Source of the DNA: Octopus sinensis
Taxonomy: Eukaryota
Direction of reading: 5' to 3'
DNA length: 64,000 nucleotides
Assembly (NCBI RefSeq): GCF_006345805.1
Contig: NC_043013.1
Coordinates: 27,094,001 to 27,158,000 of the forward strand
The notes under the pieces are model-generated. The model was not told the origin of the DNA and searched no databases. It saw only the letters and a list, made by a program, of their open reading frames with translations. This document shows, piece after piece, positions 1 through 12,894 of this stretch (position 1 is the first letter of the stretch; each line of letters opens with the position of its first letter). Made by a program: the position numbers and the translations under genes.

Positions 1-300
1 TGACCAAGATTCCAGTTGAACTGATAAACAGAACAGCCTGCACGTCAAATTAACATGCAAGTGGCTGAGTACTCCACAGACACGTGTATCCTTAACATAG
101 TTCTCAGGTAGATTCAGCGTGACACATAGTGTGAGACAAGGCTGGCCCTTTGGAATACAAGTACTACTCATTTTTGGCAGCTGAGTGAACTGGAGCAATA
201 TGAGATAGAGTATCTTGCTCAAGGACACAACACATGGCTGGGTATTGAACTCATAACTTTACAATTATGAGCTGAGCACCTTAAATACTTAACCATGTTC
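1..300 (-). mobile_element. tRNA-derived SINE (MetaSINE/V-like core, tail T1), cut by the window start
   Basis: Minus strand reads a tRNA-like head, then GTGTCCTTGAGCAAGATACTCTATCTCATATTGCTCCAGTTCACTCAGCTG, then the tail also found at 13440-13600 and 28075-28240. Confidence 0.75.
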
Positions 301-380
301 CTTCACAACATACATGGATCAGGATTGAGCCATAGACTTGTGAGGCCTCTGGGCAACTGCTCAATGTGTCAAAGCCTTAA

Positions 381-601
381 CCTTTTTGTTACTGTATTTA
401 TTTTGAGATGCTCTGTGTTTCTTTCAATTATTTTAAATATAACAAAGAGTTTAGAAAAATAACTTAGTTATCATTCAGCTAGTGTTAGGAACATAAATTG
501 TAACTAAGGTTTGGTGGAAAATTTTAATTCAGAACTTATGAAAACAAGACATTATGTACTCAGAGCCAAAGCCGGTTTCAGCCGGGTTGGTAACGAAAGG
601 G
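381..601. mobile_element. TTAA-flanked (piggyBac-like) MITE
   Basis: TTAA at 377-380 and 602-605; imperfect TIRs CCTTTTTGTTAC / GTAACGAAAGGG; non-coding interior. Confidence 0.7.
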
Positions 602-1559
602 TTAAGAGTACATTGTAACTCACACCTCTGTAGATTGTGGTTCTCTATTTTGCTGACTTCAATGTTTTTTTTTTCTTTTCCACAAGTGTTGGTTGAGGGC
701 CATATTGGTTGCTGATATGGGATTTTAGGACAAGAAATATTAAATACAGCTAACTGTGTTGCTATAAGTGCATATGTGCATGTATGTTTGTGTGTGTGTC
801 TGATGTTCTGCAAGTATGTGTTTTATTCTGTTTATGTGTGTATGTTTATTACTCTGTGTGTGTGTGTGTCTATGCGTTAGTTGCCTTGTGTGTATGTGGT
901 GTTTTCTCAGTGTGTTTGTACTTCTGTAATTTATAGATTAAAAATAATCTACTTTGCCTTTGCTCCAGTATTTGCTCTCAAATATTACACATGCTGTGCA
1001 CACACACACACACACACACACAAAGCCACTCATCAACAACTCTACCACACATACACACACTCCAAATCACATCACAATTGCTATTCTCAAGATTAACATT
1101 TTATATCTTTTTCTGTGTGTAATTATGTCAGGCATAAGCACAGAGTAACAAGCCTATTGATGGTTGTGTGAGTGTATGTATGTGTGCATGTGTATACACA
1201 CACACACACCACACACACATACATATATATAGAGAGAGAAAGAGAGAGAGAGAACCCATGCCAACAGAGAAAACGGATTTAATTAACAATATTATATATA
1301 TATAATCAAATGAATTAAAACATGTGATGGATAAGTGTCAGTTCATTACAGTTGTTTCTTAGGTAACTTTTAATGAACAGTGAGAAACATTACACTATTT
1401 TAAAAGGGTATAATCATCAGATGAGAATGTAAATTTTACAGAACGAACGGGTGTCCCAGGAATTGCAGCAGAGATGTGTCATTTGAGGCCGAGCTATGAA
1501 AGGGAAATGACCAACAATGCTAACCATTAAAATGTAGTTCTTAGGCACTAAATATTCAT

Positions 1560-2512
1560 AGGGTTGCTTTTATCTGTGTACAGAACTGTGCATGCACATT
1601 GTTTGTTTTTGATTTTGTCAACTACACAGTATAGTAGGGTCAGTTGGGCACCATCTGTGTAAAAACGGGACCGTGACGCAATTCATCCTGCCACAAATTT
1701 GGAAATGACATGCTGTTCTGCTTGGCATTCATGCTGGAAGCTCCAATATGAACATTTTAGTGGACACAACACATGGTTGGGTACTGAACTAACAACTTTA
1801 TAATTATGAGCTGAACACCTTAAATACTTAACCATGTTCCTTCGCAACATAGGATCAGGGTTGGGCCATAGACTTGTGAGGCCCCTAGACTGATAAAATT
1901 CAAACATCCAGTTAACATCTTGGTGTTTGGAGTGATCGCTAGTGATAAGCGATGTTATGCCCCCATTCATCTTCCCACACAGCCTCAGACTCAACATGGA
2001 GGTCTACATCAAGTGCCTGGAGGAGGTAGTACTGTACTGAGTCAAGAGGGTGGCTGCTGGAAAACCCTATGTCTAGCAGCAGGACTCTACACCATGCTAC
2101 ACAAGCAAACGAACCCAGTCATGGCTGTCAGACAATTTCTGTGACCACATTACCCTAACATCTGGCAACCTAACTCCCGAGACTGCAACCCCCTTGATTA
2201 TTATGTGTTAGGTGCAGTTGATGAGTAAGAGACCAACAAAACTCCATATAACACCAAAGATGAACTGAAAGCAAGGATTATGGCAGCATTCACCAACTTA
2301 AACAAGGAGACCGTTCAGAAGAGTTGCACGAGATTACGAAGTTGTCTGGAGGCCATAGTTGAAGCCAATGGCGATTTTCTGGAATAAATTTACACTTTAG
2401 TATTTCACAATGTTTTTATGTAATTTTGGTAAATATATCTGTTAAAATGAGATGTCAGTGTTATTTTCATTTTTGCATAATTTAGACGACAGTCTATTCA
2501 CAGCACCCTCTG
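1560..2512 (+). pseudogene. Decayed Tc1/mariner transposon, maT (DD37D) type, internally deleted
   Basis: About 1893-2387 translates, across frameshifts and a stop, to KFKHPVNILVFGVIASD..VMPPFIFP..YIKCLEEVV..QQDSTPCYTSKRTQSWLSDNFCDHITPNIWQPNSRDCNPLDYYV..CLEAIVEANGDFLE*. The QQD to NPLD spacing is 37. TIR-like end GACAGTCTATTCACAGCACCCTCTG at about 2488-2512. Confidence 0.88.
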
Positions 2513-2871
2513 TGTGTGTGTATATGTATATATATAATGATTTTAGGTATAAGCACGGTATCAAGCCTCTCAACAGGTGTGTGTATGAGAGAGAGAATGA
2601 TTGACCAAAGGATTCTGAAATAAATGTTGTGTGGTGACTTGTATACAAAAATTACTCTCAGAACAACCCAAGTTTGAGGTTTAAGGACTGTGTAAAGTCC
2701 TCTTTGAATGCATTTTGAAATAACTGAAGTCAGTTGGGAATAAAGTATTGAAGATGGTTGCTGCTACACTCCTGTTTCCTTTGTGTACCAGCTGCAAAAG
2801 AAAAAAGATATGCGTGTCAGCCCTTGTGGCCAATAAAAAAGAATTGATTATTATTATTATTATTACTATTA

Positions 2872-3560
2872 AGGCGGCGAGCTGGCAGAAACGTTAGCAT
2901 GCTGGGTGAAATGCTTAGCGGTATTTCGTCTGCTGCTACGTTCTGAGTTCAAATTCCGCAGAGGTTGACTTTGCCTTTCATCCTTTCGGGGTCGATAAAT
3001 TAAGTACCAGTTACGCACTGGGGTCGATGTGATCGACTTAATCCATTTGTTTGTCCTCTCTGTTTAACCCCTTTTGGGTAGTTAAGAAATAGGTATTTCA
3101 CCTGTCACTATGTTCTGAGTTCAAATTGCACTAAGGTCGACTTCACCTTTCATCCTTTCAGGGTTGATAAATCAAGTACCAGTTGAGTACTGGGGTCGAT
3201 GTAATCAGCTATCCTCCACCCCCAAATTTCAGGCCTTGTGCCTATAATAGAAAGGAATGTTGTAGTAGTAGTAGTAGTTTTATATCTTTGAAGACTAATT
3301 TTTGCATAGTGCTTTGAGTAGATTGAAGCTTAATATTAATTTCTTTTTATAAGGCAGCATGATGGCTGAATCATTAGAAGATCAGAAAAAATGCCCTTCT
3401 ACTTTTTGAGTTCAATTCCTGCCAAGGTTAACTTTGCCCATCATCCTTTCAGGGTCAGTAAAATAAAGTACCAACCAAGTGCTGGGGTGAATGGCATCAA
3501 CTAATCCCCTCCCTTCAGACTTGCTGGTCTTGTGTCAAAATTTAAAATCATTATTATTCT
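2872..3560 (+). mobile_element. Head-to-tail copies of the GGCGGCGAGCTGGCAGAA SINE (Nin/Deu-like body)
   Basis: B-box GAGTTCAAATTCC; body TTTGCCTTTCATCCTTTCGGGGTCGATAAATTAAGTACCAG three times; preceded by (ATT)n. Confidence 0.85.
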
Positions 3561-3579
3561 CTCTTTTATTTTTTTAATC

Positions 3580-4200
3580 TTTGAACACACTGTAAAGTGG
3601 TTGGCACTAGGAAGGGCATCCAGCCATGCCAAATCTGACACTGGAGCTCAAGTGCAGACTGCCAGATCCTCTCAAACCATCCAACCCATGCCAGTATGGA
3701 TTAGCCCCTTTGCTACCATATTTCTGTTGAAGCCTGTAGCCTTTGTTTCAAAATTAGATTTTTTTAATTAGTTCCTCCGCCCAGACTGGCTCCTGTGCTG
3801 GTGGCATGTAAGAAGCACCATCTGAACATGACCAATGCCAGTGCCGCCTGATTGGCTCCTGTGCTGGCGGCACATAAAAAGCACCCACTGCATTCTTGGA
3901 GTGGTTGGCATTAGGAAAGGCATCCAGCTGTAGAAACATTGCTAGATCAGATTGGAACCTGGTGCAGCCTCCTGGCTTGCCATTTCCCAGTCAAACCATC
4001 CAACCCATGCCAGTATGGAAAGCGTATGTTAAATGATATGATGATGATGAATGAATTTAATAAAATAACATGATCGTTTTTAAGCTGATGTTTGGAGCAT
4101 AAATTACCATGAAATTTTGATAGAATGTTGTTATTCAAATCATTTCGATATGGAAAGTTTGTATCAGTCTCAGGCAGGTTGGTATTAAGAGGGCTAAATA
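3580..4200 (+). mobile_element. Nested repeats: SINE with (GAT)n-ending tail plus TTAA-MITE fragments
   Basis: GGAAAGGCATCCAGCTGTAGAAAC..CCAACCCATGCCAGTATGGAAAGCGTATGTTAAATGATATGATGATG matches many copies in the window; MITE-like ends at about 3701 and 4197. Confidence 0.6.
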
Positions 4201-5289
4201 ATGATACAGGTTTGAAGATAAACTGTTTTACACTCCTTAGAATAGGTCAAGCTTTAGCCCTTTAACATTGTGTCAAATGCAATGCTAATTCATTCACATT
4301 ATTTTCACTTAATCAAGCATTATCTCAGAGTTTCAATATTACAATCATGTGATTTTATATTCTTAGAATAACATTGTAGGGTAGGTGTGAGAGGCCAGAT
4401 GTGGCCAGTTTAAGTGTGAAAGGGATAAGTATTGAAACTTCTGTTATCTACTATTTTAATTGTTGACCTTCTCAAATGTATAGGCGAGGATTTTTTTCTT
4501 TCCCCCTTTCATTCTCAATGCTCTTCTATAGCGTAGTAATAAATATTTGGTTAAAAATAAGCAGTGCTCTTAACAAAGAATTTCTTTTTATAGTTGGAGA
4601 CAAATATGAAGTTGAGATATGCAGTAGTAAAAATGTTGCATAATTTATGTAATAAATATCAGGGGCAATTGCTGTTCCCTTCTTTCTGCTGTTCATATCA
4701 AGAGTTGACTTGTACTTGGAGTGGCAGAGGGGTGGGGAAACGAATAAAAAATGAGATCAAAGCTATATTTTATTTCACTGCCACATAGATTTTCTTCCCT
4801 CTTTAATGATTTTTTTTTCTTTTACTCTTCTAGCGAATACTTTATTTCTGTGATTTCTATCTATCTAGTGGCATCTATCTTCTTCACATTATTGATTTGT
4901 GTGTTACTGCTGCTCTTGTCAATCAACTAAATTTTATGATTTCCACTGTTCAAGTAAGATCATATGATAAATACTGCATGGCCTTTTTTTCTTCTTCTTT
5001 TTTTTTTTTTTATATTCTCTCCATGTATTTGCATGGGTGTGTTTAATGTAACTGACTCATTACTACAATGAGTTGGACTAAAGAACATTCTGATTTATTC
5101 AAAGTTCTGTGTTTAATGAAAAAGATTACTCATAGCACTACGTTCTTCTCTTCACCTTTATTTATCTTCCGAGAATTTTTTTTCTGTCAAGGATGTGAGG
5201 AGAAAAAAAAAAGGGAGAAAATATAGTTATTTCTACCTATCTACCTACTACCTATAGATGCATGTATATATATATGTGTGTGTGTTTAC

Positions 5290-5650
5290 TTTCCAGCCAC
5301 ATGACTCTCGGCTCAGTCCCACTGCATGGCATCTTCGGGAAGTGTCTTTTGCTATAGCCCTGGGCCGACCAAAATGGATTTGGTTGATGGAAACTTACAC
5401 ACACACAAACCCACATTCATAGATACATGTGTGTCTTTGTGTTCGTCCCCTACCACCACTTGACAACTGGTGTTGGTTTGTTTATGTCCCTGTAACTTAA
5501 CAGTTTGGCAAAAGAGAGACTGATAGAATAAGCACCAGTAAGATCAAAAAATAGGTAGTGGGGTCAATTTGTTTCACTAGACCCTTCAAGGTGGTTCCCC
5601 AGTGTGGCCACAGTGCACTGAGTGAAACAAAAAAAAAACAAAAGATAAAC
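5290..5650 (+). mobile_element. CORE-type SINE (octopus OR/OK-like), diverged
   Basis: CAGTCCCACTGCATGGCATCTTCGGGAAGTGTC.. reverse complement of the young copy at 5992-6413. Confidence 0.75.
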
Positions 5651-5679
5651 ATACACCCACCCACACACACACACACACT

Positions 5680-5901
5680 ACATGAGGAGGTTCTGAAAAG
5701 TTCCTAACTTAAAGGGTATTGCGAAAGGCCTGACTGGAGGCCCAACTTTCCAAGTTCTTTTACAGTGCTTAGAAAATACTGAAGGACTGCTACAGTAAGT
5801 GTGTGAATTTGAGAAGGGAATATGTTGAATAAAATCATAATTAACTGATCCTCCTGTATTTTCTTTTACACAAAACCAGGAACTTTTCAGCCCCACATCG
5901 T
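5680..5901. mobile_element. Mariner-derived MITE
   Basis: TIRs ATGAGGAGGTTCTGAAAAGTTCCT / AGGAACTTTTCAGCCCCACATCGT; second copy in opposite orientation at 47449-47650. Confidence 0.75.
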
Positions 5902-5991
5902 GTGTGTGTGTATATATATATATATATAATGTGTATGTTTGCGTAAATTTGTGGTGCTTAAACATTTGATACCAAGATGTGTTTAAATACT

Positions 5992-6413
5992 CTCTTTCTC
6001 TTTTACTCTTTTACTCTTTTATTTGTTTCAGTCATTTGACTGTGGCCATGCTGGAGCACCACCTTTTAGTCGAGCAAATCGACCCCGGGACTTATTCTTT
6101 GTAAGCCCAGTACTTATTCTATCGGTCTCTTTTGCCGAACCGCTAAGTGACGGGGACGTAAACACACCAGCATCGGTTGTCAAGCAATGCTAGGGGGACA
6201 AACAAGGACACACAAACACACACATGCATATATATATATATACATATATACGACAGGCTTCTTTCAGTTTCCGTCTACCAAATCCACTCACAAGGCATTG
6301 GTCGGCCCGGGGCTATAGCAGAAGACACTTGCCCAAGATGCCACGCAGTGGGACTGAACCCGGAACCATGTGGTTGGTTAGCAAGCTACTTACCACACAG
6401 CCACTCCTGCGCC
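5992..6413 (-). mobile_element. Young full-length CORE-type SINE with 8-bp TSD
   Basis: Head GGCGCAGGAGTGGCTGTGTGGTAAG..GGTTCAGTCCC, CORE-like CTTGGGCAAGTGTCTT, internal (TA)/(TG) tract, (AAAAGAGT)n tail; TSD TAAATACT at 5984-5991 and 6414-6421; CpGs retained. Confidence 0.9.
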
Positions 6414-8428
6414 TAAATACTAACAAAAAAAAAAAATAATACAGTTCAAGATTCCATTGTATTAATTTAATTTTTAAATAATAATAATTATTAGTGACAT
6501 TTTAAAAATAGAAACTGGGCTATTTGATGGGCCTTATATATGAACAGAAAAGAAAATGAAAAAACTAAAGTAGAAAAATAGGATAAATGTTAAAGGCAAA
6601 TATTGCGAAAGTTTTCAAGAGAAATGGTCAAGTCTGGCTTTGACTGGGTGGGGTAGAACTATGGAGAATTCTTCTAACAGAAGATACAAATGCTGATGAT
6701 AATCATTAACATATATCTGTGATCTGTTTTCCCTCAAATCAAAGATGGGAGCAGGAGAGACAGTAAATATACAAGTTACTACAATATTGCTGTAAAATAT
6801 GAGGAATTTCATAAAGTGAGTGGAGAAAAAAATATTTCAGTCTTGTTTGGGGTTGGAAGGGGTTTATTTTTTTTATTTTTAAAATTTTTTATTTGGGTTT
6901 TTTTTTTTCTAATACCCTTCTCTGTTGGCTTAAAAGTTCTTTGAGACTCTCTGTGAATTTAATTACTTCATTGTGGTTGATTCTTTTCAAATCTAATCAA
7001 TTGTGTATTTTTCTCAGGAATCAATAATAAACATTGATGTAGGCAGATATTTATATATACTTTTTCTATCTGCTTTTTACTTTTATAGTCTTTCTACATT
7101 TCTACTTCTCTCTCTCTCTCTCTCCCTCTTTATCTGTCTATCTACCTATCTATCTACCTATCTATCTATCTATCTATCTCCATCTCTTGTTGCTTACTCT
7201 CATTATAAGAATGTGGCTACTTACCTACAAATGTAGGTTGTTTAAATCCTCGAAATATATCAAAGACTGTTTACATGTGTCTTAAAATTATCTTTTTATA
7301 GAGAATTGTTGTCAGAACATTGTCAGAGAGTAAAGAAACGTAGATGGTTTAACTATTTTTACCTTGAGCAGCCTAAACATCATGGAGTATTATAAAGAGA
7401 GAAAGAGAAAGATACGGGGGGGGGGGCTGAAAGAGAGGAAAGAGGAGAATTCAGTAAGAAAATTATATATAAAAAAAAAAAAGATATATGGAAAAAAAAG
7501 AAAAAAAAGACAGTAGGTTGGGAGAATTAGTAACACTGTGGTTTTGTATTGAATCAAAGTAAGCCTTCTTGCTGTTCGTATTTTATGTCTTTTTCTTCTA
7601 AAAGCAAAAATTAAAATAGGGAGGTGGTGGAGAGGAGGTGGAAGTAAAATGCTGTAACAATTAGATATATATGTGCATGTAAATGTATGTATACACGTGT
7701 GCATATGTATGTAGATTTGTGCATATTGATATATGCATGTGTATGTATGTAAATTTGTGTATATGTATATATATAACATATATAACATATATGTATGTAT
7801 GTATGTATGTTCACGCACATATATATATATAATTATGCACACACATAACATACACTCACATCCAAATACACACACACACAACCACTTACCAACACTTTAC
7901 CAAACTCACTGGACATCTTGTCTTCTCATACATAGATCTTTGTTGTATTGTTAAAACTTATAAGATTTCTCCTCTTCCTTCTTTCTTTTCTTCCCCTTCT
8001 TGTAATAATTCGCAGACATGATGTAATATTTCAAAACATGTTTTCTTTTGTTATTTATTTTTTTTATATATATGTTTCATTTTACTTATTTAAATATTTT
8101 TCTATCAATAAGTCTTTCAAATATCATTTAAATTTTGTTTTATCTTGCTTCGTTATTTGAATCATCATCATCATTTTAATGACTACTTTTCCATGCCTGC
8201 ATGGGTCAGAAGGAGTTTCTTCCTTTCTTTTTTTTATTTTTGAAGCATAGATTTTCTACAGCCAGAGGCTCTTCCTGTTGCCAACCCTCACCTATTTCGA
8301 AATCTCCCCTTGGCCAAACATGTTCTAGTAGAATATAGGAAAGGAATAACTTTGCTTATATAACAGTAACATTCATTTACACCTCTCAGGTGATATCAAG
8401 GCAAGGAGTCACAAACACATACACATGC

Positions 8429-8476
<48 letters not shown>

Positions 8477-9159
8477 TATGTCTATGTGGTGCTTTGCTGT
8501 CCTCAAGAAGACCCATCCACCAGAGCAAAATTGATTATCAGTGCTGGTGCCACATAAAGAGCACCCAGTCCACTCTGTAAAGTGGTTGGTGTTAGAAAGG
8601 GCAACCAGCAGTTAGAAACTATGCCAGAACAGACAATGGAGCCTAATGTGACCCTTAGACTTACCAGTTCTTGTCGAACCATTGAAACCATCCAATTCAT
8701 GCCAGCAGGGAAGATGAACAGTAACTGTTTGCCTGTCCAAAGCCTTTTCATAACATTCCCCTGAGTGTCCACGTCCATTTTCAGACTTTTAGTGAGCTCT
8801 TGTTTCCTATGCTCTGGGCAATAGAAATCGTTTCTTTCATAAGTCCCAACTTACTCTGGTGGTTGAAAAAATTGGTAAAGTGTCTATCAGATACAATGCT
8901 TGAAATGCCAGGGAAAGGTCCTGTGTGTCACATGATACACAGAATGGCAAAGAATTAAACAATGATGATGCTGAAGAATACATTACCTACTGAGGATTCT
9001 GTACAGAGTGCCTCATGGTATTTGTTCCCATCCTTTGCATTCTGAATTGTCGGATGGTAAACTTAATCCATTGCCTTAATCCACCACCGCCACCCTCCTG
9101 GTCCTTGGGTACTTTAACAGAGTTTACTTTATGGCAAGTATTCATGCCTGGTTTTTAGT

Positions 9160-9387
9160 TTTACCTGTTTGCATTTAAACCAGCCACATCAGGTCCAAAC
9201 TTTCTACTTCTTTTATGTTCAAACCGGCCATATCCAGCCTCTCACACCTACCCTACAATATCAATCTAAAATATATATTATCACATCATCGAAATCTTAA
9301 AGCTATGAGATACTGCTTGATTAATTCAAAACAATGTGAATAAATAAGCATTGCATTTGACTGAGTAATTTGAATGGTAAAGGGTTA
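9160..9387. mobile_element. TTAA-family MITE
   Basis: Ends GGTAAAGGGTTAA; body matches copies at 47043-47248, 50004-50508 and 53690-53905. Confidence 0.65.
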
Positions 9388-9873
9388 AGGATAGCTTCCT
9401 TCCTTTCTCCCCACTTGTTTCACAAACCCTAGAAAACACCTGCTGCCCTTATTTCTCTCGCTAATTGGTAAAAACAAACAAAAATCCCTGTGACAGCTTC
9501 ACTGATCTTTTCTAGTGTTTTAGTGAGTAACCCTCTTCCAGGCTGTTAAGTGTTTCTGATTTTTATTCATTTTATTTACTTTACTTCTTGTCTGCCACCC
9601 AACCCTACGTGCAGTTTTTGATCAATTCAGCTTGTAGATTTGCCTCCCTTGCACTTTATTGACAAGAGTTATTATCAAAGCTTATGACTTTTTCTCTACA
9701 TTATTATGGATCAATTTTAATTAAGATCTTTTTAGGACTCAATGCTTTGATTATGTTGGCATCATCAACATAATTATTCTTTCACCACTGGAATTACTTC
9801 ACCAAAACAAGACATACAAAACCATCGGATATCATGATATTCCACATGTCCATTTTTGGTGCTAGTGTTTCTT

Positions 9874-9914
<41 letters not shown>

Positions 9915-9924
9915 ATAAATTTGG

Positions 9925-11370
9925 TGGAGAGCTTGCACAATCATTAGCATGCCAAACAAAATGCTTAACAGTATTGAATGTCCTGAGTTCAAATTCAAGG
10001 TTGATAAAATAAGGACCATTTGCACACTGAGATCAATGTAATCAACTAGCTCCCTCTCCCAAAATTTCAGGCTTTGTGCCTATATTAGAAAACTATTTTT
10101 ATTATTATTATTATTATTACTATGAAGGTAGTGAGCTGGCAGAAATGTTAGCACTCCAGGAGAAATGCTTAGCAGTATTTCATCTGTCTTTATGTTCTGA
10201 GTTCAAATTCTGCCAAGGTCAGTTTTGCCATTTATCCTTTTGTGGTCGATGAATTAAGTACCAGTTGCGTACTGGGGTCGATCTAATTGACTGGCCCCCT
10301 CCTCAAAACATTCTGGCCTTGTGCCTAGAGTAGAAAAAGTATATTAGAAAACTATTATTATTATGAGGGCAGTGAGCTGGCAGAATTGTTAGCACACTGG
10401 GCGAAATGCTTTGCAGTATTTCATCTGCTGCTGCGTTCTAAGTTCAAATTCTGCCAAGGTCGACTTTGCCTTTCCTCCTTTCAGGATCAATAAATTAAAT
10501 ACCAGTCAAGTACTGGGGTTGATGTAATCGACTAACTCCCTCCCTATAAATTCCAGGCTTTGTGCCTGTTGTAGAAAGGATTATTCATCATCATCGTTTA
10601 ACGTCCATTTTCCATGCTGGCATGAGTTGGACGGTTTGACTGAGGTCTGGAGAGTCAGGAGGCTGCACCAGGCTCCAATCTGATTTGGCAATGTTTCAAC
10701 AGATGGATGCCCTTCCTAACGCCAACCACTCTGAGAGTGTAGTGGGTGGTTTTTTATGTGCCACCGGCACAGGAGCCAGTCAGGCGGGCCTGGCTTCAGT
10801 CACTTTTGGATAGTACTTTTTAACGTGCCACTGGCATGGGGGCCAGTTGAGGTACTGGCATTGGCCACATTCGGATGGTGCTTTTTACGTGCCACCGGCA
10901 CAGGAGCCAGCGAGCAAGCAGAATTGTTACCATACTGGGAAAAATGCTTAGCAGTATTTCATCCTTCCTTATATTCTGAGTTCAAATTCTGTCAGGATCA
11001 ACTTTGCCTTTCATCCTTTCAGGGTTGATAAATTAAGTGCTAGTGAAACACTGGGGTCGATGTAATCAGCTAGCCCGACCCTACTCCTCCACAATTTCAG
11101 GCCTTGTGCCTATAGCAGAAAAGGATTGTCATTAAGGCAGCAAGCTAGCAAAATCATTACCATACTGCGCACAATGCTTACCAGTATTTCATCCATCCTT
11201 ATGTTCTAAGTTCATATCACACCAAGGTCAACAGGGTTGATAAAATAAGGTCCAGTCGGGCACTGGGGTCAATGTAGTCGACTAGTTCCCTCTCCCAAAA
11301 TTTCAGGCCTTTTGCCTTTATTAGAAAGGATTATTATTATTATTATTATTATTATTACTGTTATTATTAT
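9925..11370 (+). mobile_element. Tandem array of about 5 Nin/Deu-like SINE copies, interrupted by a minus-strand SINE (about 10585-10915)
   Basis: Repeated GAGCTGGCAGAA..GAGTTCAAATTC..GGGGTCGATGTAATC..GGCCTTGTGCCT..GAAAGGATTATT units, each ending in (ATT)n. Confidence 0.85.
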
Positions 11371-11825
11371 TGGTTTTGTATCTAAGCATGTGTTTACCAT
11401 ACTAAGAAGAAAAAGGAATTAAATAAAAAAACTTTTACATTGAGAATTTAAGTGAATGGAAGACCTTGCGGTAGGTTTACCTGAGAATTAAGGTGCTCCC
11501 CACCACACCTTTTTTTTTCTTTCATATTGCCAGTTGGTATTATTAGACTTAAACAAGCTGGAATGAGAATCTTTGTCATGTTACTACTGTTATTTAACAT
11601 ATATATGCATGTGTATGTATACATATATCTATGTATTTATTTATATATTTATATACATGTGTGTGTGTGTGTGTGTGTGTATATATAAAGAGAGAGAGAA
11701 ATGTGTTTTTAACTTGGTTGCTACTTGTAACAGGTTAGAAGCAGCCTTTGTTGATTGATGCTATTGAAGAAAAGTATACCAGTGTTAATAAATGAACTCT
11801 AATGAAGTCATTTGAAAATATCTTC

Positions 11826-11859
<34 letters not shown>

Positions 11860-11860
<1 letters not shown>

Positions 11861-12382
11861 TTTTATTTGCCACAAGGATGAAAGACGAGAAGACATTTCA
11901 AGAAAAAATTCAGTTTTCACAGAATCGATTATAGGGGGGGAAAAAAGAGAATATACATGAAAAGCAAATGGTATAAAATTGGGTGGCTTTATGGAGATCA
12001 GCTTTCTAGGGTTGATTAGTCATGCAACCCCACACACCTGGGAATTGCCCTGACTACTAAGAGCAAGTGCTCACTCCCAGCTTTGTTCTCTGGCCTACAA
12101 GCACATGCTCTGAGTAGGCTCATTCATGTGGGCTTTTCTGATCACTTTCACCTATCTTTCAATAAATTCACTACATGTGGCAACATGATTCCTCAAGTCA
12201 CAGTGGACAACTGTGAATGAAACGGTTTCACCACAACTATCCACATCTAGGACAGCCTCAGCCAATGGTCTTACCATGTCAGTAGACTTTATTCTAAACC
12301 AAACCTGGGATTTTTGGTGGTTGGTGTGAAATGCCCTGGCTAAAAGCCTCTTGGTTGATTTTTCATTTATGCATAAGGTCAC
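11860..12382 (-). pseudogene. Possible L1/Tx1-type LINE 3' remnant
   Basis: ORF 12152-12382 contains NHQKSQVW..CGETVSFTVVHC, loosely like the C-terminal zf-RVT ETxxHxxxxC motif; AATAAAA and (ATT)n at the distal end. Confidence 0.3.
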
Positions 12383-12894
12383 AAAGTTTTGCAGATAAAG
12401 CAGTGGGTAATTAATTAAAATAAATCCCAGAATGTGATTGGTTCTTTTTTATTTTATCAGCAGCTGAAGGACGAAAGGTAAAGTTGTTCTCTATAGAATT
12501 TGAACTCAGAATGTAAAGGGTCATTCCTCCACTTGTATGCTACAAGTTTATTTTGTTCAATGTTATACCAACTCTGCTACTTTACAGGCTTTTTCATACT
12601 ACTATTACTAGTGATGGTGGTGATGGTTTCAAATTTTTGGCACAATGCCGACAATTTTGGGGGTGAGGTGAGTGGAAGGGTGGGGGTGTTTTAGTCAACA
12701 AAACCCTTCTTAGCACTTGACTGGGGCACTTTATTTTATCAATCCCAGAAGGATAAAAGGCAAATTCAACCTCGGTACGATTTGAACTCACTAGTCAGAA
12801 ACATTAAATAATTAATCTGCCATTTTATAAATTCTACCATCCACTTCTCTTTAAATAAATTATAATTTTTCACATTTTCAGAAGCTGACACATA

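Noticed and set aside
6681-6815. Possible exon with AAA/GTGAGT donor (similar weak candidates at 24406-24535, 31510-31561, 45813-45879 and near 57331)
   Set aside because: Stops in the frames from the best acceptor, or weak splice sites, and no recognisable protein; expected by chance in 64 kb.
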